Origin: Candidatus Caldarchaeum sp. | GTDB taxonomy: Archaea > Thermoproteota > Nitrososphaeria_A > Caldarchaeales > Caldarchaeaceae | Reading direction: 5' to 3' | Assembly (NCBI GenBank): GCA_038844785.1 | Contig: JAWBRA010000039.1 | Span: 1 to 11,641 of the forward strand | DNA length: 11,641 nt | Part shown: positions 9,007-11,641 of the stretch, piece after piece | Numbering within the stretch: the stretch's first letter is position 1 | How the letters are laid out: each line of letters starts with the position of its first letter | Position numbers and translations under genes: made by a program | Notes under the pieces: generated by a model | The model's input: only the letters and a program-made list of their open reading frames with translations | What the model was told of the DNA's origin: nothing | The model's database searches: none

Positions 9007-9951
9007 GTGTTGAAGGCAAACACTTTCTTTCAGCATCTTGCTCCATTATCCATTAAGCTGATAGGTGATATAGAGTTCGTCGCCGAATCACACATACACA
9101 TCGGCGACCATGAACCAGGGTCGTCGAGGCTGGGCGTCATGCGCCTGTCTGAGGACTTGTTCATCATACCTTCCTCGACTTGGAAAGGTTGTTTTAGAAG
9201 CATGGCTGAAAAGCTTCTGCCAAGCATGAAGCTCAAGGGGCTTGAGAGGCTGGCCGTCAAGGCATACGACGCAGGAGAGTACAGGATCGTCGAGGAAGAT
9301 GAAGAGTTCAAAGGGTATCTGGAGGACTTCAGGATGGTTCTCCACGGAAATAGCCCTAGGGTCATAGAGCACGACAGGGAGTGGTTGATAAGATTCCTCA
9401 ACGACGTGGGTCACTCTGAGGTTCTCGAGGCTGGAAGTGAAATGATTGACCGCAATCTACACAGCATGGCCGTTGACTACCTCTCGTGCTTCTGTCCGTT
9501 GGGAAGGCTTTTCGGCAACCACGTCGTCGCATCGAAGCTGCGTTTCCACGACACCATTCTATCGCTCGACGGGGGGAAGGTCGAGGTGAGGCCAGGCGTA
9601 GGGATAGACAGGTCTTCTGCAACAGCCATGGAAGACCATTTATTCTTCGTGGAGGCGCTGCCTGTGGGTACGAGGATAAGGAGTCGTTTCGTGGCGGATA
9701 ACCTGCAGCTAGGTGCCTCGGATTCTAGACTGCTGGCGGGAGTGTTGGATTGGACCGACAAACTAGGAGTTCAGATAGGAGGGAGAAAAAGCGTGGGGCT
9801 CGGCTTGTTAAAACCGTCCGAGGCCAATTTTTACATAATATACCTCACAGGGGAAAACGCAGCAAAAGCACTAGCAAACCCCTGGAAACACAGCGAAAAA
9901 AGAACGCTAAATCAACTTCTTCAGTGGCTCAAGGGAGATGAAAAGGGCTAA
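9007..9951 (+). CDS. Cas7-group RAMP (Csm3-like)
   Basis: SHIHIG, IIPSSTWKGCFRS, CPLGRLFG, PGVGIDR, LFFVE, GGRKSVGLG. The start may be TTG 9010 given the SD GGAGGTG at 8997-9003. Confidence 0.85.
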   Translation: MLKANTFFQHLAPLSIKLIGDIEFVAESHIHIGDHEPGSSRLGVMRLSEDLFIIPSSTWKGCFRSMAEKLLPSMKLKGLERLAVKAYDAGEYRIVEEDEEFKGYLEDFRMVLHGNSPRVIEHDREWLIRFLNDVGHSEVLEAGSEMIDRNLHSMAVDYLSCFCPLGRLFGNHVVASKLRFHDTILSLDGGKVEVRPGVGIDRSSATAMEDHLFFVEALPVGTRIRSRFVADNLQLGASDSRLLAGVLDWTDKLGVQIGGRKSVGLGLLKPSEANFYIIYLTGENAAKALANPWKHSEKRTLNQLLQWLKGDEKG

Positions 9952-11053
9952 TTTACAGAACCATCTCATTAAGAAGTTCATTTATGCATTGAAAACAGAC
10001 AGCGAACTAGAACTGATAAATTATAGGTCTAGGGATACCGATAAGAATAAATCACTATTTTTGGTTCTTTCAGACTTCGAAAATAGTGTAAACAATTTAC
10101 TCACTAAAAAACGAGGGATGATTGCTGCTGTCGAAACGAGAATACCCCTAGAATTCGGTTCTACAGCCCCAACCCTTAACCCATCATCTCTGGCCAAAGA
10201 CTACAACGCCGACCTGATTCAAGAAATATGGGGCAGCGTGGATGAGCTGACCAACTCACTCGAGGATAGCCTGAAATATTATTTTTCCCTCTACAGTGCG
10301 TATGACTGTCTAAACCAACTTCTAGATAGAGGTTTGTTAGAAATAGATGAGTCAAGTGTGGGAGACGTTTACATTTTAGAGTTGTTTGTCAACAAAAATT
10401 TGATTGGAGATATTCCAGCGACGAACCAAGATTTGGTGGACTTTATCTTAGATTTATGCGCCGCGGTTAACCGAATCACGAGTGTGAGTGACAAATGGAG
10501 ACAAGAAATTCGTACAAGTGAGTGGAAAAAGATTTTTTTGCAACTGCTTCAAGGCGATAAAAAAATTAGTCAAAGGTACGGACGTAAGTTACCCGAATAC
10601 TGGGACGAAGTCGTTAAAATATTCCAGGAAACAGTTAATCATCCCGGTATAGGACAGTTGGGAATCGACCACGTGATTGAAAAACTGTTTGAACAACATA
10701 TTATTCTGGAAATTTTTTGCTTTAGGCGGTTAGCAGAAGCAGGATTGTCAATCATACCCAAAATCAGGATGAAGGGGGGTGAAATCGAAGCCGATTTACT
10801 AATAATCATCGACGAGAATGAAGCATGTGTCGTAGAGGTAACCTCTCGCGAACAAATTCCCGATGATAAATTGATTCAAATGGAGAAATCTTGCAACTAC
10901 ATCAAAAACATTGGGATTGAACGATTGGGGAATATCGTAATATGTAGTAAAGAGACAGAATTAAAGGCAAGGCTAGAGCGAATAAACTTCAATGAGCTGA
11001 ACGACAAATGCAAGATATTGTCTAAGGTATATGGCGTGGTCAGCTCGTCTTAA
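9938..11053 (+). CDS. Hypothetical protein with C-terminal PD-(D/E)xK-like (restriction-endonuclease fold) domain; candidate CRISPR ancillary nuclease
   Basis: 371-aa ORF overlapping the last RAMP gene by 14 nt. C-terminal pattern LE(258)...EIEAD(286)LLII...VVE(300)VT followed by a helix and strand, typical of the REase fold. The N-terminal ~250 aa are unrecognised. Confidence 0.65.
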   Translation: MKRANLQNHLIKKFIYALKTDSELELINYRSRDTDKNKSLFLVLSDFENSVNNLLTKKRGMIAAVETRIPLEFGSTAPTLNPSSLAKDYNADLIQEIWGSVDELTNSLEDSLKYYFSLYSAYDCLNQLLDRGLLEIDESSVGDVYILELFVNKNLIGDIPATNQDLVDFILDLCAAVNRITSVSDKWRQEIRTSEWKKIFLQLLQGDKKISQRYGRKLPEYWDEVVKIFQETVNHPGIGQLGIDHVIEKLFEQHIILEIFCFRRLAEAGLSIIPKIRMKGGEIEADLLIIIDENEACVVEVTSREQIPDDKLIQMEKSCNYIKNIGIERLGNIVICSKETELKARLERINFNELNDKCKILSKVYGVVSSS

Positions 11054-11314
11054 ACTGCAGCTCACTTCATTTCGAGGAAGACCTTAAAACCGAGCTGTTC
11101 TGGGTCAAATTGTAGGTGACTCTTGCTGGGATTAGCATAACCTCCCAGTCAATTCCGTCGAGCAGCTCATTCTTTTCAATTATCCGGCTGAGCTTAACGG
11201 TGATGCTATTCTGGAGACATGTAGAATTTAGTCTTTCCCATCTAAGGTTTGAGGTTTTTCAACGCCTACGTATGTGATTAATACCAGTGCTTAGCTCCTC
11301 CCGTCCTCCACCAG

Positions 11315-11641
11315 CTCTCAATTCCCTTGTTGGGATCAGAATCATAGAGTGGGCGAAGAGAGGTCTAGAGGAGAAAGTGGACTCTCAATTCCCTTGTTGG
11401 GATCAGCTGTCGGCGATGTATTTTTTGGTATCGCGGCATCCGGTTAGCTCTCAATTCCCTTGTTGGGATCAGTCCGACTGGCTTAAAAATACCACGGAAA
11501 ACCCCGCTAGAGCTGTTTGGCGAACCCCACTCTCAATTCCCTTGTTGGGATCAGGCGAAACATCCACGGCCGAGGTTCGAGGGAGCCTCGGCGGAAGCTC
11601 CTCTCAATTCCCTTGTTGGGATCAGTATCGGCACTGATGGC
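11315..11641 (-). CRISPR. CRISPR array (partial; continues beyond the window)
   Basis: Five identical 25-bp repeats CTCTCAATTCCCTTGTTGGGATCAG at 11315-11339, 11382-11406, 11448-11472, 11530-11554 and 11601-11625; spacers 42, 41, 57, 46 nt plus a partial one. The reverse complement CTGA-TCCC-AACAA-GGGA-ATTGAGAG gives a 4-bp stem followed by an 8-nt ATTGAGAG handle, indicating - strand transcription. Confidence 0.97.

Noticed and set aside
220-9761. Numerous minus-strand and alternate-frame ORFs (e.g. 631-1050, 4135-4641, 6122-6748, 9030-9401)
   Set aside because: They overlap well-supported cas genes, show no recognisable motifs, and look like shadow ORFs.
9938-11053. Calling the orphan gene cas4, cas6, nucC or can2/card1
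   Set aside because: No Cas4 Fe-S cysteine pattern, no Cas6 Gly-rich loop, no visible CARF domain, and the nuclease-like motif is confined to the C-terminal third, unlike NucC.
11054-11314. Region as the CRISPR leader
   Set aside because: Repeat polarity (ATTGAGAG end on the - strand) and repeat-like remnants point to the trailer end; no clear BRE/TATA or AT-rich leader is present.
11413-11492. Short complementarity between spacers 2 and 3 (GTATTTTT / AAAAATAC) and a weak hairpin in spacer 2
   Set aside because: Only 8 nt of low-complexity sequence and a 5-bp stem; expected by chance.
11287-11637. 116-aa ORF on the + strand
   Set aside because: It is a translation through the CRISPR repeats (SQFPCWDQ recurring), not a gene.
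11340-11641. Self-targeting of the cas genes by the intact spacers
   Set aside because: No convincing match was noticed by eye within the window; a computational search would be needed to exclude it.

Overview
Archaeal-style type III CRISPR-Cas interference locus, with all genes on the + strand. Order: csx1 (CARF-HEPN RNase), a 162-bp regulatory intergenic region, then a tightly coupled eight-gene effector operon (small subunit, three Cas7-group RAMPs, Cas10 with intact HD and GGDD motifs, a Cas7-group RAMP, a Cas5-group RAMP, a Cas7-group RAMP). This layout resembles the Sulfolobus/Saccharolobus solfataricus type III-D Csm operon. The last RAMP gene overlaps an AT-richer 371-aa orphan gene with a predicted helical N-terminal region and a C-terminal PD-(D/E)xK-like nuclease domain. 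That gene is the best candidate for an undescribed ancillary effector. The window ends inside a CRISPR array (25-bp repeat, 5 copies visible, spacers 41-57 nt), most likely transcribed on the - strand towards the cas operon. No cas1/2/4, cas6 or recognisable ring nuclease is in the window. Assignment to a thermophilic TACK-type archaeon is inferred from repeat style, promoter/SD motifs and operon layout only.
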